DNA of 32,000 nucleotides from contig CALSTM010000002.1 of the NCBI GenBank assembly GCA_943789275.1, positions 240,001-272,000 of the forward strand, written 5' to 3'. Numbering within the stretch: position 1 is the first letter of the stretch; each line of letters begins with the position of its first letter. The position numbers and the translations under genes were made by a program. Below the pieces are notes generated by a model that made no database searches, had not been told where the DNA came from, and saw nothing but the letters and a program-made list of their open reading frames with translations. Origin of the DNA: Candidatus Poseidoniaceae archaeon (GTDB taxonomy: Archaea; Thermoplasmatota; Poseidoniia; Poseidoniales; Poseidoniaceae). Shown here piece by piece: positions 9,620 to 18,423 of the stretch.

Positions 9620-10618
9620 TCAGTCCGTTCTTGGCCACTGCCCGTCCGACATTGAGGTTCCGTCGGGAATCACGCTGCCGTGGTCAATGACCATGTTGAG
9701 AAGTTGAACGTTCGAGCCAATATGGACATCACGGCCAATCATACATGATTCGACAACAGAATTTGGACCAACATTTGTCCCTGACAAAAGCGTTGAACGG
9801 CTGATTGTGCTGTTGGAAACGGCAACATCGGAATCAATCATTGAGCCGGATACGTGCTCGGAAGGTGCTGCCTCCACTGAACCGTACCACGAATTTCCAT
9901 GGATGAGGCCGCGTCGAAAGCGACCTTCCTTGATGCAACGGTTGACGGCATCCGACCAAGCACTTGGAGTGCCTGCATCGATGAAATATCCTTCAAATTG
10001 CTGACCGTTCAATGCTCCTTGTGATGCAAGTTTGGGGAAAACGTCTCTTTCTATAGAATGCTTTCCTTCGGGCATGAAATCGAAAATGTCATCTTCCAGA
10101 ATGTAAGAACCTGCATTGATGAGGTTTGAGAAGACTTCCTCTGGAGTTGGTTTCTCCTTGAATTGAGTTATACGTGAATCGTCGTCAAGACCAACGATTC
10201 CAAACCGTGTAGGGTCCTCGACTTCCCACAAAGCAAGTGTCCCGATGCCTCCGTTTTTTCGATGTAAATCAAGCAGAGGTTCTACCTGAAGAGACGAGAC
10301 AATATCGCCATTGAAACAAGCAAAAGTACCGCTGACAACATCACGACAATTCCCAAGAGCACCACCCGTTCCGAGAGGTTTGTCCTCGGGAACGATTCGA
10401 ACATCAAAATCAACATCAGCATTCGCAAAGTATTCTTGAATCATATCCACTTTGTACCCGCCTGCAACAACCACTTCGTCAATCATGGCGTTGGGAACAC
10501 CTTCAACAACCCGTTCCAGCAGTGAAAGGTCTAACATCGGAAGCAAGGGTTTTGGGACAGAATTGGTCCAAGGCCGAAGCCGTGAGCCAACTCCACCGGC
10601 TAACACCACCACTTGCAT
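9620..10618 (-). CDS. Sugar-1-phosphate nucleotidyltransferase (NDP-sugar pyrophosphorylase) with C-terminal left-handed beta-helix
   Basis: The N-terminus VVLAGGVGSRLRPWTNSVPKPLLPM matches the GGxGxRLxPxT motif. GTGGALG is present, and the C-terminus has hexapeptide-like repeats (IGSNVQLLNMVIDHGSVI). Confidence 0.8.
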   Translation of the reverse strand: MQVVVLAGGVGSRLRPWTNSVPKPLLPMLDLSLLERVVEGVPNAMIDEVVVAGGYKVDMIQEYFANADVDFDVRIVPEDKPLGTGGALGNCRDVVSGTFACFNGDIVSSLQVEPLLDLHRKNGGIGTLALWEVEDPTRFGIVGLDDDSRITQFKEKPTPEEVFSNLINAGSYILEDDIFDFMPEGKHSIERDVFPKLASQGALNGQQFEGYFIDAGTPSAWSDAVNRCIKEGRFRRGLIHGNSWYGSVEAAPSEHVSGSMIDSDVAVSNSTISRSTLLSGTNVGPNSVVESCMIGRDVHIGSNVQLLNMVIDHGSVIPDGTSMSDGQWPRTD

Positions 10619-10752
10619 AGATGGGCCTTCTACCGATTACCTATCAATACATCTCAATACTGCACATCAACATGTTGGGTTCGGGAAATTGACCCGAAGG
10701 TCGCATCAAAGTATTCAAAGACGGCCTTACTTTGGATGGATTGGAGAGCACC

Positions 10753-11961
10753 ATGAACATCCACGAATATCAAGGGAAAAACCTACTGCGAGAAAACAAC
10801 GTCGCCGTACTTGAAGGAGTCCACTGCACGACCGTCGAACAGGCGCTAAGCGCTTATGATTCGCTCGGTAGCAAAGTCGTTGCCGTCAAGTCACAAATCC
10901 ATGCTGGTGGACGAGGCAAAGGTACACTGTACCATCCTGAAACCCGTGAACAGGTGATGGAGGGCGGTGTGAAAATCGCTTTCTCAAGAGATGAGGTCGA
11001 ATCCTACGCAACCAACATCCTTGGCAATATATTGGTGACCATTCAAACTGGAGACGAAGGAAAGTTGGTCAGTAACCTTTACATCGAGGCTGGATGCGAT
11101 ATTGCTCACGAATATTACCTCGCCCTTTTGGTCGACAGAGACAACAAATCCGTACTCATCATGGCATCAACCGAAGGTGGAATGGACATCGAAGATGTCG
11201 CTCACAATACGCCTGAACTCATCCATAAAGTCGTTGTTGACCCGAATGCTGGCCTTCTCGGTTTCCAAAAGAGAGACCTTGGAATGTCCCTTGGCCTCTC
11301 TGGAGCGGCGCTGAAATCCTTCGGCAAGATGTTGTCAAACATGTACACCATGTTTGTGCGAGAAGATTGTGCAATGGTGGAAATCAACCCACTGGTACGA
11401 ACTGGGGCAGATGAAATTGTTGCCCTTGATTCGAAAATCTCATTCGATGAAAATGCAGAGTTCCGCCACAAGAAATGGGACGACCTTCGAGATCTCTCCG
11501 AAGAAGAAGATGTGGAAATCCGAGCAAAAGAAACCGGACTTTCTTACGTCAAACTTGACGGAAACATTGGTTGCTTGGTGAACGGAGCTGGACTCGCAAT
11601 GGCGACCATGGACGTCATCAAACTCTACGGTGGAGAGCCTGCAAACTTCCTCGACGTCGGCGGCGGAGCAAACGAAGAGCAAGTCCAAACGGCGTTCTCG
11701 ATTATTCTCGAAGATCCCAATGTCAAGGGAATTCTCGTGAATATTTTTGGTGGAATCATGCGTTGCGACATCATTGCACGAGGCGTTATTGCCGCAACAG
11801 AAGCACTGTCTCTTGACGTACCGCTCGTCGTCCGACTGGCAGGTACCAATGTCGATGAAGGAAAGAAAATCCTTGCTGCTTCGACCCTCAATATTCACCC
11901 TGCTGATGATTTAGCTGAAGGTGCGCAAAAAATTGTAGCACTTATTGGAGGCGATGAATAA
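10753..11961 (+). CDS. sucC: Succinyl-CoA synthetase (ADP-forming) beta subunit
   Basis: [12 protein letters not shown] at the N-terminus, [28 protein letters not shown] and [10 protein letters not shown] are present. The tracked TTG at 10732 adds 7 aa that the family N-terminus does not support. Confidence 0.92.
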   Translation: MNIHEYQGKNLLRENNVAVLEGVHCTTVEQALSAYDSLGSKVVAVKSQIHAGGRGKGTLYHPETREQVMEGGVKIAFSRDEVESYATNILGNILVTIQTGDEGKLVSNLYIEAGCDIAHEYYLALLVDRDNKSVLIMASTEGGMDIEDVAHNTPELIHKVVVDPNAGLLGFQKRDLGMSLGLSGAALKSFGKMLSNMYTMFVREDCAMVEINPLVRTGADEIVALDSKISFDENAEFRHKKWDDLRDLSEEEDVEIRAKETGLSYVKLDGNIGCLVNGAGLAMATMDVIKLYGGEPANFLDVGGGANEEQVQTAFSIILEDPNVKGILVNIFGGIMRCDIIARGVIAATEALSLDVPLVVRLAGTNVDEGKKILAASTLNIHPADDLAEGAQKIVALIGGDE

Positions 11962-12884
11962 TGTCTATTTGGATTGAAGAAGATGCGAAAGTATTGGTGC
12001 AAGGAATTACTGGAAAGCAAGGCATGTTCCATGCAGACAAAATGGTCGAATACGGCACCAACATCGTTGGCGGATGCACACCTGGTAAAGGCGGTCAAAC
12101 CGTCGAACTTCAAGGGAAATCATTTCCAGTATGGCACAGCATGACTGATGCCATCAAAGCAACCGACGCTGACGCTACCGTCATTTATGTCCCTCCTCCT
12201 TTTGCTGCTGAAGCAATAATGGAGGCTGCAGACGCATTTGATTACCTCAAAGGTGAAGGAGTCATCGTATGCATCACAGAAGGTATCCCTACCCTTGACA
12301 TGGTGAAGGCTGTGGCTTACGTCGAAAACCGCCCTGGGGTTCGTCTCATTGGTCCAAACTGCCCTGGAATTATCACCCCCGGTGATAACGGCGGCGCAAA
12401 AATCGGAATCATGCCTGGACATATTCACGCCAAAGGCCGTATTGGAATTGTCAGTAAATCCGGAACCTTGACGTACGAAGCAGTGGCCCAAACGATGAGC
12501 ATTAACGAGGGTCAATCCACTTGCATCGGAATTGGTGGAGACCCTGTGAACGGTACTGGATTCATCGATTGCCTTGCAGCATTTGAAACAGACCCGCAAA
12601 CTGAAGCAATCATCATGATTGGAGAGATTGGCGGTAATGCTGAGCAAGAAGCGGCTGCTTGGGCTGCTGAGAATGTAAGCAAACCAATCGTTGGATTCGT
12701 TGCTGGTGCGACTGCACCACCTGGTAAGCGAATGGGACATGCAGGAGCGATTATCTCCGGCGGAAAAGGAACTGCAGAAGAGAAGTTCGAGGCGTTTAGA
12801 GCCGCAGGTATTGCCTGTGCAATGGACCCATCTGAACTCGGCCAAGTCTTGCTGGAATCACTCAAAGCAGCTGGCTTGCGATGA
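11961..12884 (+). CDS. sucD: Succinyl-CoA synthetase alpha subunit
   Basis: [32 protein letters not shown] and the phosphohistidine loop MGHAGAII are present. The start overlaps the sucC stop in TAATG (1-nt overlap), indicating an operon. Confidence 0.92.
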   Translation: MSIWIEEDAKVLVQGITGKQGMFHADKMVEYGTNIVGGCTPGKGGQTVELQGKSFPVWHSMTDAIKATDADATVIYVPPPFAAEAIMEAADAFDYLKGEGVIVCITEGIPTLDMVKAVAYVENRPGVRLIGPNCPGIITPGDNGGAKIGIMPGHIHAKGRIGIVSKSGTLTYEAVAQTMSINEGQSTCIGIGGDPVNGTGFIDCLAAFETDPQTEAIIMIGEIGGNAEQEAAAWAAENVSKPIVGFVAGATAPPGKRMGHAGAIISGGKGTAEEKFEAFRAAGIACAMDPSELGQVLLESLKAAGLR

Positions 12885-12914
12885 ACCCATTAACCGAAAT
12901 CGATACTCAATATC

Positions 12915-14219
12915 ATGGCCGAGAAGCCTGAGTTCGACCCAAGCGTACTGCAGGGGTTTTATGCTCAGGGTTTCGAAATCGATTTGTCATGGATGAAAAA
13001 GCCCACACAGCATCAATACCGCTGGAGATGCCTCGAAAACCGATGGCAATCTTCACATCGGAGGGTTCGTAATGGCCCAACTTTGTTGAAGGCTTTCAGA
13101 AACTCTACGCCAACCGATGTCTACGTCTCAACAGCATCATGGCTCAACCCAATCGACTTGCCAAGGCTACGCGATGAAGAAGCAACCTATCCAATCCTGT
13201 TAGATCATCTTGTGGTGTTCGACATTGATGTACCACCATTTTGCATTACCAACATGGAACTGGCTCGACAATCAGCTGTCAAACTCTATGAGTGGATGAA
13301 GGACAAAGATGAATATGCATTCATGCATATCTCCTTCTCAGGTAGCAAGGGGTTTCATCTGTTCTATGAAGACCTACAGCGTGAGAAATTCCAAATCCCG
13401 GACCCGAAAGAAAGAGAGCAAAAAGTTCGTACAGAGCGAAAAAAATTACTTGACCTTGTCACTTCAGCAGGACATCCAGTTGACACCAAAATTACCGCAG
13501 ATACAAGGCGAATCATCCGACTTCCAGGCACCGTTCACGGCAAAACTGGATGGAAGTGCAGCGTTGTCGAAGTGGAAACACTCCTCAAACCGTTCAAGAA
13601 ATGGTACAAACTACTTGACCGCCATGAAAACGCCATCATGATTCCTCGGAAGCCAAGCAAAACCAAAATCAACCGTTCAAAGTCCAAAGTCAACGTTGAG
13701 CCGGTGAACGTTCAAGCGAATACCTTCAGTATTGAAGTCAGCACGCATGTGGCTGGAACCAAAAACCGCTCTGCCCTTATTGCATGGTTGCCGCATTCAT
13801 GGGGGGTGCCACAACAGGCCGTCTCTCAAGCGTTGGCGTACATTGAGGATTTCAAGTTTGGAGCAACCGCCTTCTGGACCGATGGAGAACAAACCTTGAT
13901 GCTGGTCCCACGTGCAATTCCAAGAGAACAACTCATCAAAATTACTCGTAAATTAAAGTTGACTACACTCCATCGCGAATTGAAAGAAAGACAACACTCT
14001 TGGGTTCGAATTACTGGAAAACTCTCAGATGAACACGATTGGGAGAAGGAGCTCATGCCAATTAATGTTCTTGGAAAAGTACTGAACGATGCATGTGTAT
14101 GGCCTTGGTCACGTTCTCATTTGGAATTAAGCAGACGCATGGGGCTATCCTTCCAAAGCGATGAGGCGGAACTTGCTGGAAAGGACGAGCCATCCATCAG
14201 AATTGCTCAAAGGGCCTGA
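12915..14219 (+). CDS. priS: DNA primase small (catalytic) subunit, archaeo-eukaryotic primase superfamily, with extended C-terminal region
   Basis: The three AEP motifs occur in order: LVVFDIDV (DxD), FSGSKGFHLFY (SGxxGxH) and TRRIIRLPGTVHGKTG (motif III). The upstream PTDVYVSTASWLNP matches the PriS N-terminal pattern. Confidence 0.7.
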   Translation: MAEKPEFDPSVLQGFYAQGFEIDLSWMKKPTQHQYRWRCLENRWQSSHRRVRNGPTLLKAFRNSTPTDVYVSTASWLNPIDLPRLRDEEATYPILLDHLVVFDIDVPPFCITNMELARQSAVKLYEWMKDKDEYAFMHISFSGSKGFHLFYEDLQREKFQIPDPKEREQKVRTERKKLLDLVTSAGHPVDTKITADTRRIIRLPGTVHGKTGWKCSVVEVETLLKPFKKWYKLLDRHENAIMIPRKPSKTKINRSKSKVNVEPVNVQANTFSIEVSTHVAGTKNRSALIAWLPHSWGVPQQAVSQALAYIEDFKFGATAFWTDGEQTLMLVPRAIPREQLIKITRKLKLTTLHRELKERQHSWVRITGKLSDEHDWEKELMPINVLGKVLNDACVWPWSRSHLELSRRMGLSFQSDEAELAGKDEPSIRIAQRA

Positions 14220-14355
14220 AATGATTATATGATGCCTTGACGACATACAATTGTTTCCACCGGAGCTTCGGCAATGACGGCTGCACTCGTGCGTATGACA
14301 CAATCGACCGTTGGCGCTTGGAAACCGCGCCAGCGGTCAAACCTACGGTGAGCCT

Positions 14356-15618
14356 ATGAACAAAATCGGCATCATCATTTTCATTATTGGAACACTTTTT
14401 TCCGGTGCCTTTGCGGTATCCATAAGTCAAGTGAATGATCGTGTGTCCGTCGAAACAGAAGGAACAATTTTAGAAGAATCGAGTTATTCTGAATCTCTGA
14501 ACGGATACTATATCTGTCGAGCGGATCTTGTGATAGGGTACAGTGCAGGTAATCCCCCTCAAGTCTATACTGCTGAAACTTTTGCAACAATGGAAAGCAG
14601 TAACTCTTGTGTCGAAGCGATTGAACAATTCTATCCCGTAGGGGACAAAATCAGCGTTTACTTCTATGCGGATTCTCCAGAAGAATATTCATTCTCTGCT
14701 TTGAATACGGATGAAGCAGGACTTTACGCTTGCTGTGCAGTTCTGTTTGGCTTACTTGCCACTGGAGGACTCATCATGACGTTCACTCTCGGTAAAACCT
14801 CTGCGGCTATCCAAACCGGCGGATTAAGTGGTCGAAGTGCAGCTGGCCACTCATCTGGCATTGGACAGACCGGCGGCCTCAGTGGAAGAAATGAACAGAA
14901 CTCAAAGCATGCAGGAGTTCTTGGTATTTCCGATCCGAATTTCTCAGGCCCTCACCAAGGTAAATTCCTCTCGGGACATACTCGACATGGTAACCGAATT
15001 TTCAGCACCTTCCAAGAAGCGAAAGATCTCTGTCTCGCAGACCGCGAAGCCGGTGGAATCACCATGGAAGGGCCAAATCATTTCACGATACGCCGGGAAA
15101 ACAACCTACTCAACTCCTCGAGTGGAGAAGTTTCTTGGGTCAAGAAGGTGGAACACAACGCATACATGGCTGGAACAAATACTCACCCGAACCCCGGTCC
15201 TCAAGTGCAAAGACGTAGATTGCGTAGAGATGAACACAACTACGATTCACTTATCCAACGGTTTGGACTTCAAAATGTTCCCGCAGGAGAAGTTCGAAAC
15301 AAGGTTTTGACTGCAGGAATAATGACGCCAGCGATGGCAAACAAGTTCTTTGAAAATCGATTTGTGATCAAAACGCTTGGACTGGAAGGTATATCCCGCC
15401 AAGCAAACGTTTCATCAAGTGTTTTAGAGACTCCAAAGAAAAACTTTTGGAAGACTGCCGAATCAACGCTATCAGCAACCAGTGGTGTTCAAGAAAAATG
15501 TGGCCACAGTGGGTGCTCCCGCTCCGTTACATCGTTTGATTTCAGATGCTTTGACTGTAGAAAGCGATTCTGTGACGAACACAGGGGTGCCACATTCCAG
15601 TGTGCAAACTGTGCATGA
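14356..15618 (+). CDS. Membrane-anchored protein with DUF3592-like N-terminal module and C-terminal AN1-like zinc finger (hypothetical)
   Basis: A first TM (IGIIIFIIGTLFSGAFAV), about 100 aa, then a second TM (LYACCAVLFGLLATGGLIMTF) give a DUF3592-like layout. The tandem peptide QTGGLSGRS / QTGGLSGRN follows. The C-terminus CGHSGCSRSVTSFDFRCFDCRKRFCDEHRGATFQCANC has AN1-like Cys/His spacing. The ATG at 14356 is preferred over the tracked upstream start at 14311. Confidence 0.6.
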   Translation: MNKIGIIIFIIGTLFSGAFAVSISQVNDRVSVETEGTILEESSYSESLNGYYICRADLVIGYSAGNPPQVYTAETFATMESSNSCVEAIEQFYPVGDKISVYFYADSPEEYSFSALNTDEAGLYACCAVLFGLLATGGLIMTFTLGKTSAAIQTGGLSGRSAAGHSSGIGQTGGLSGRNEQNSKHAGVLGISDPNFSGPHQGKFLSGHTRHGNRIFSTFQEAKDLCLADREAGGITMEGPNHFTIRRENNLLNSSSGEVSWVKKVEHNAYMAGTNTHPNPGPQVQRRRLRRDEHNYDSLIQRFGLQNVPAGEVRNKVLTAGIMTPAMANKFFENRFVIKTLGLEGISRQANVSSSVLETPKKNFWKTAESTLSATSGVQEKCGHSGCSRSVTSFDFRCFDCRKRFCDEHRGATFQCANCA

Positions 15619-15622
15619 ACAC

Positions 15623-18406
15623 TCAAATATAGACTTCTTTTTGATGCAAGCCTACCTTAGGTGCTAAACCACCCTGCCGGATACCTTGCAACAAACTCTT
15701 CCCATCGTTACTGCGTGCATATGTAAGTACACTTGGACTAACATGGAGATTCCAATACTTCTGGAATACATCTGCTCGTTCACGAGTTGAAGCCAGAATA
15801 GAAGGTACTGCGTGATACATCTGAATGGTACTTATTTCCTTTCGAAGATACTTTGCCACCACTTCGGGCATAAGACTTGATAGCCAAGTATCTTGCATAA
15901 ACTGGGATGAACGGCTGATGAGATATCGAGGATTTGTCAACGGGCCTAACACTTCTTCCAACGAGGTGCTGAAGACCAATGCCTCATCAGGCGTTGAATG
16001 GTGTAAGTGGTATCGAAGCCAACCCCCGCCTCGCTCACCACCTTTAGGAGAGCAATGAATGGTCATTTCCCCCAACTCTTGGAGACTTGCTACAATCGAT
16101 TCTGCAATAGCAAGCGTCAATGTCGAATCGGTCCACATTTCTTTTTCGGTTCCAAACTTGAATCCTTCCGAGAACCCTTTCGGAGATTTCGTTTCAACTG
16201 CAGGCCGTGATTCGATACCAAAAGGTTGGCCAATCCCCCATAATTCTCGAGTATGTTCACGCGTCCTAGCCCTACGAAGCATTTCTTCATTGAACAATGC
16301 CATTCCCTCGCTGATTCCTTCTGGGCGCACATCGTTGAAGGCTGCGTGTACGTGCCCCACGCCCTTTTCAATTGCTCCATCATCACAAACGCCATACAGT
16401 TGCTTGTGCTTTTGTTTGAAACGCAGATAGTCATCAAAACCTTTGGTAAACTCTTCAGCAATACAAACGATGTCCCAATTATTGGCTACTTTTTCAGGCC
16501 ATTCCTTGTCAATTCGGATTGAACGACCCCGAAGTTGATTGATGCTCATGCTTGTCGTGACGGTCGTCATGTCAATCAAGACGTTAATGCGTGAAGCATC
16601 CCATCCTTCACCAAGTAAACCTCGAGTCCCAACAAGACACCGGGTAAAGCCTTCTTGGAAAAACTCGGTAATCATAAGCGAGTAATAACGAGGAATCCAG
16701 TCCTTTCCTCGACCATGAATTTCATGGAAACCTTTGTGAGGCCTGTGATCAAGTTTGATATCGAGCGAACGCTCCCCAATCCATTTCTCAGCTTTTACAA
16801 TAAATTTTTCATACAAATCATCGTCAACAAGAACTGTACTTCCAGTCATCAAAATTGGGTCAAGGTAATCTCCAGCGGGATGATGGACAAGTGTTCTCAG
16901 TACAGAGATTGCGCCCCCTGCTTCATCGTCAAGAACGCCTTCCACAAGGGTAGTGGCTGAAGTTTTCTCAAAGTCGGTAACAACGACGGCACGAATGTCA
17001 GGGCCAAGAGTTTGCATTTCCACATTGATGATGTCATTAACTGCTTCGATTTTCGCTGAAGCATATGCCATTACGCGCCCTACCGGTGAAGCGCAAGGGC
17101 GAGAACCTGTCTCCGTAATTTGAATCCCCAACATCCGCAATCGAGCCACTACCGATTCTGAAAGAGTGTGGTCATCGGGGTTCTTTGAACGTCTCAATCC
17201 ATGTCTCACATAGCGCGATAGGACACTTCGTAAGACGCTCATTTTAGTAAAGGACTGGTCTTTAGGGTCGAAATCAAAGTTTGGTACTCCGGAGGGTAAG
17301 GGTAATCTGTTCATACGAAGGAAGCGGCGAGCATCAATTGCGAAAGCCGAAAACTTCCTTTCATAATCATGCCAAGAAAGTGACTCTCCTGTCGGCGATT
17401 TTCGCTGTGCGAGTTCCTCACGAACCCAATGGTCGAGTGAAGGAGTTCTGTCTTTTTTGGCGTCAAGATTTGGTGTCCTTAATTCAGTCAAAAGCTGTTC
17501 AAACTCTTCATCAACACCAGCAATGTACTGTAATTCATGACTTGCGGGCCTGACGAAATAGCAGAGATCTTGATACGGAGCAAGATTCGAATCACGGACC
17601 AAGGCAGGAACTGGTACACTGTAATCAACTGGTCCGAAGAATTCCTCGTAGCGTTTTGTGTCCGATTCCTTGAATGATGAACTGTCTGGAGGAGTTGCAG
17701 TGAGACCAAGGATGACTGGGTCATCAAACATCTCACGAACTTCAGTTAAAATACGACCCCAATGATGCATGAGATGATGACATTCGTCTAAAATAATCAA
17801 TCCAATACCAGCATCTTTCAGCAGCATGAGGTTTTCTTTGGCGCTTTCATGAAGCGTCCATAATGCATTCCCATGCTCTGCATACTCGTCCCGTACCTTT
17901 TTCCGATATGTAGAAAGTCGAGAGGTGTAATATTTTTTATTGCGTTCAAGGAGGTCTTTCTGCCACGCCATTGCTTCTTCATGGTTCGACGCTTCACCAT
18001 CCGAAATGAGTTTCTCCGCCCACAATTCGATGGCTACCTGATCGAGGTCTTCACCACCTTTTCTCGGCATCGTCACTGATTGATATGTGAGGGAAGTCAG
18101 GAGGCCTGGTTTCTTTGGGTCTGTACTGATGAACTCATCTTTGCCATCAAGATCAAAAAGCGAAGTTCGGGCTGCCCATTGGGCTTGAATTGCAGAGTTG
18201 GGTGACAGAACCAAAGCGGGTTTTCGAACGAGGTCAGACCACACATACAATCCCAGTACGGTTTTGCCAGAACCAGGAGGAGCGACAATGTGAAGACGCT
18301 TATTCCCTGCCTCCAACTGAGGAACGATAACTGAACTCGCTGCTTCTTGTGATGGGCGAAGGGTTCCGGAAAAATGAATTGAGCCGAAATCTGGTAAATC
18401 AACCAT
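15623..18406 (-). CDS. Superfamily 2 helicase/translocase, ResIII/XPB-like core with long insert and unassigned C-terminal region
   Basis: LRPSQ, Walker A APPGSGKT, Ia LVLSPNSAIQAQW, motif II LILDECHHL, motif III LGLTATPP, motif V VGTRGLLGEGWD and motif VI NQLRGRSIR are present. An insert of about 100 aa lies between Ia and II, and about 300 aa after motif VI carry no motif I recognise. Confidence 0.85.
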   Translation of the reverse strand: MVDLPDFGSIHFSGTLRPSQEAASSVIVPQLEAGNKRLHIVAPPGSGKTVLGLYVWSDLVRKPALVLSPNSAIQAQWAARTSLFDLDGKDEFISTDPKKPGLLTSLTYQSVTMPRKGGEDLDQVAIELWAEKLISDGEASNHEEAMAWQKDLLERNKKYYTSRLSTYRKKVRDEYAEHGNALWTLHESAKENLMLLKDAGIGLIILDECHHLMHHWGRILTEVREMFDDPVILGLTATPPDSSSFKESDTKRYEEFFGPVDYSVPVPALVRDSNLAPYQDLCYFVRPASHELQYIAGVDEEFEQLLTELRTPNLDAKKDRTPSLDHWVREELAQRKSPTGESLSWHDYERKFSAFAIDARRFLRMNRLPLPSGVPNFDFDPKDQSFTKMSVLRSVLSRYVRHGLRRSKNPDDHTLSESVVARLRMLGIQITETGSRPCASPVGRVMAYASAKIEAVNDIINVEMQTLGPDIRAVVVTDFEKTSATTLVEGVLDDEAGGAISVLRTLVHHPAGDYLDPILMTGSTVLVDDDLYEKFIVKAEKWIGERSLDIKLDHRPHKGFHEIHGRGKDWIPRYYSLMITEFFQEGFTRCLVGTRGLLGEGWDASRINVLIDMTTVTTSMSINQLRGRSIRIDKEWPEKVANNWDIVCIAEEFTKGFDDYLRFKQKHKQLYGVCDDGAIEKGVGHVHAAFNDVRPEGISEGMALFNEEMLRRARTREHTRELWGIGQPFGIESRPAVETKSPKGFSEGFKFGTEKEMWTDSTLTLAIAESIVASLQELGEMTIHCSPKGGERGGGWLRYHLHHSTPDEALVFSTSLEEVLGPLTNPRYLISRSSQFMQDTWLSSLMPEVVAKYLRKEISTIQMYHAVPSILASTRERADVFQKYWNLHVSPSVLTYARSNDGKSLLQGIRQGGLAPKVGLHQKEVYI

Positions 18407-18423
18407 ACATTACACCCTTCACT

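Noticed and set aside
10680-10698. A perfect 6-bp inverted repeat, TTCGGG-aaattga-CCCGAA, lies in the divergent spacer between the nucleotidyltransferase gene and sucC and could be an operator.
   Set aside because: The stem is short and could easily arise by chance in a 134-nt spacer. There is no second copy or flanking promoter element that I can identify with confidence.
12120-12845. A 241-aa ORF lies antisense to sucD. Similar long antisense ORFs occur at 3705..4358 (opposite the PrsW gene) and 11440..11898 (opposite sucC).
   Set aside because: They lie entirely within strongly supported genes on the other strand and have low-complexity Ser/Cys/Arg-rich composition with no recognisable motifs. 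These are typical shadow ORFs.
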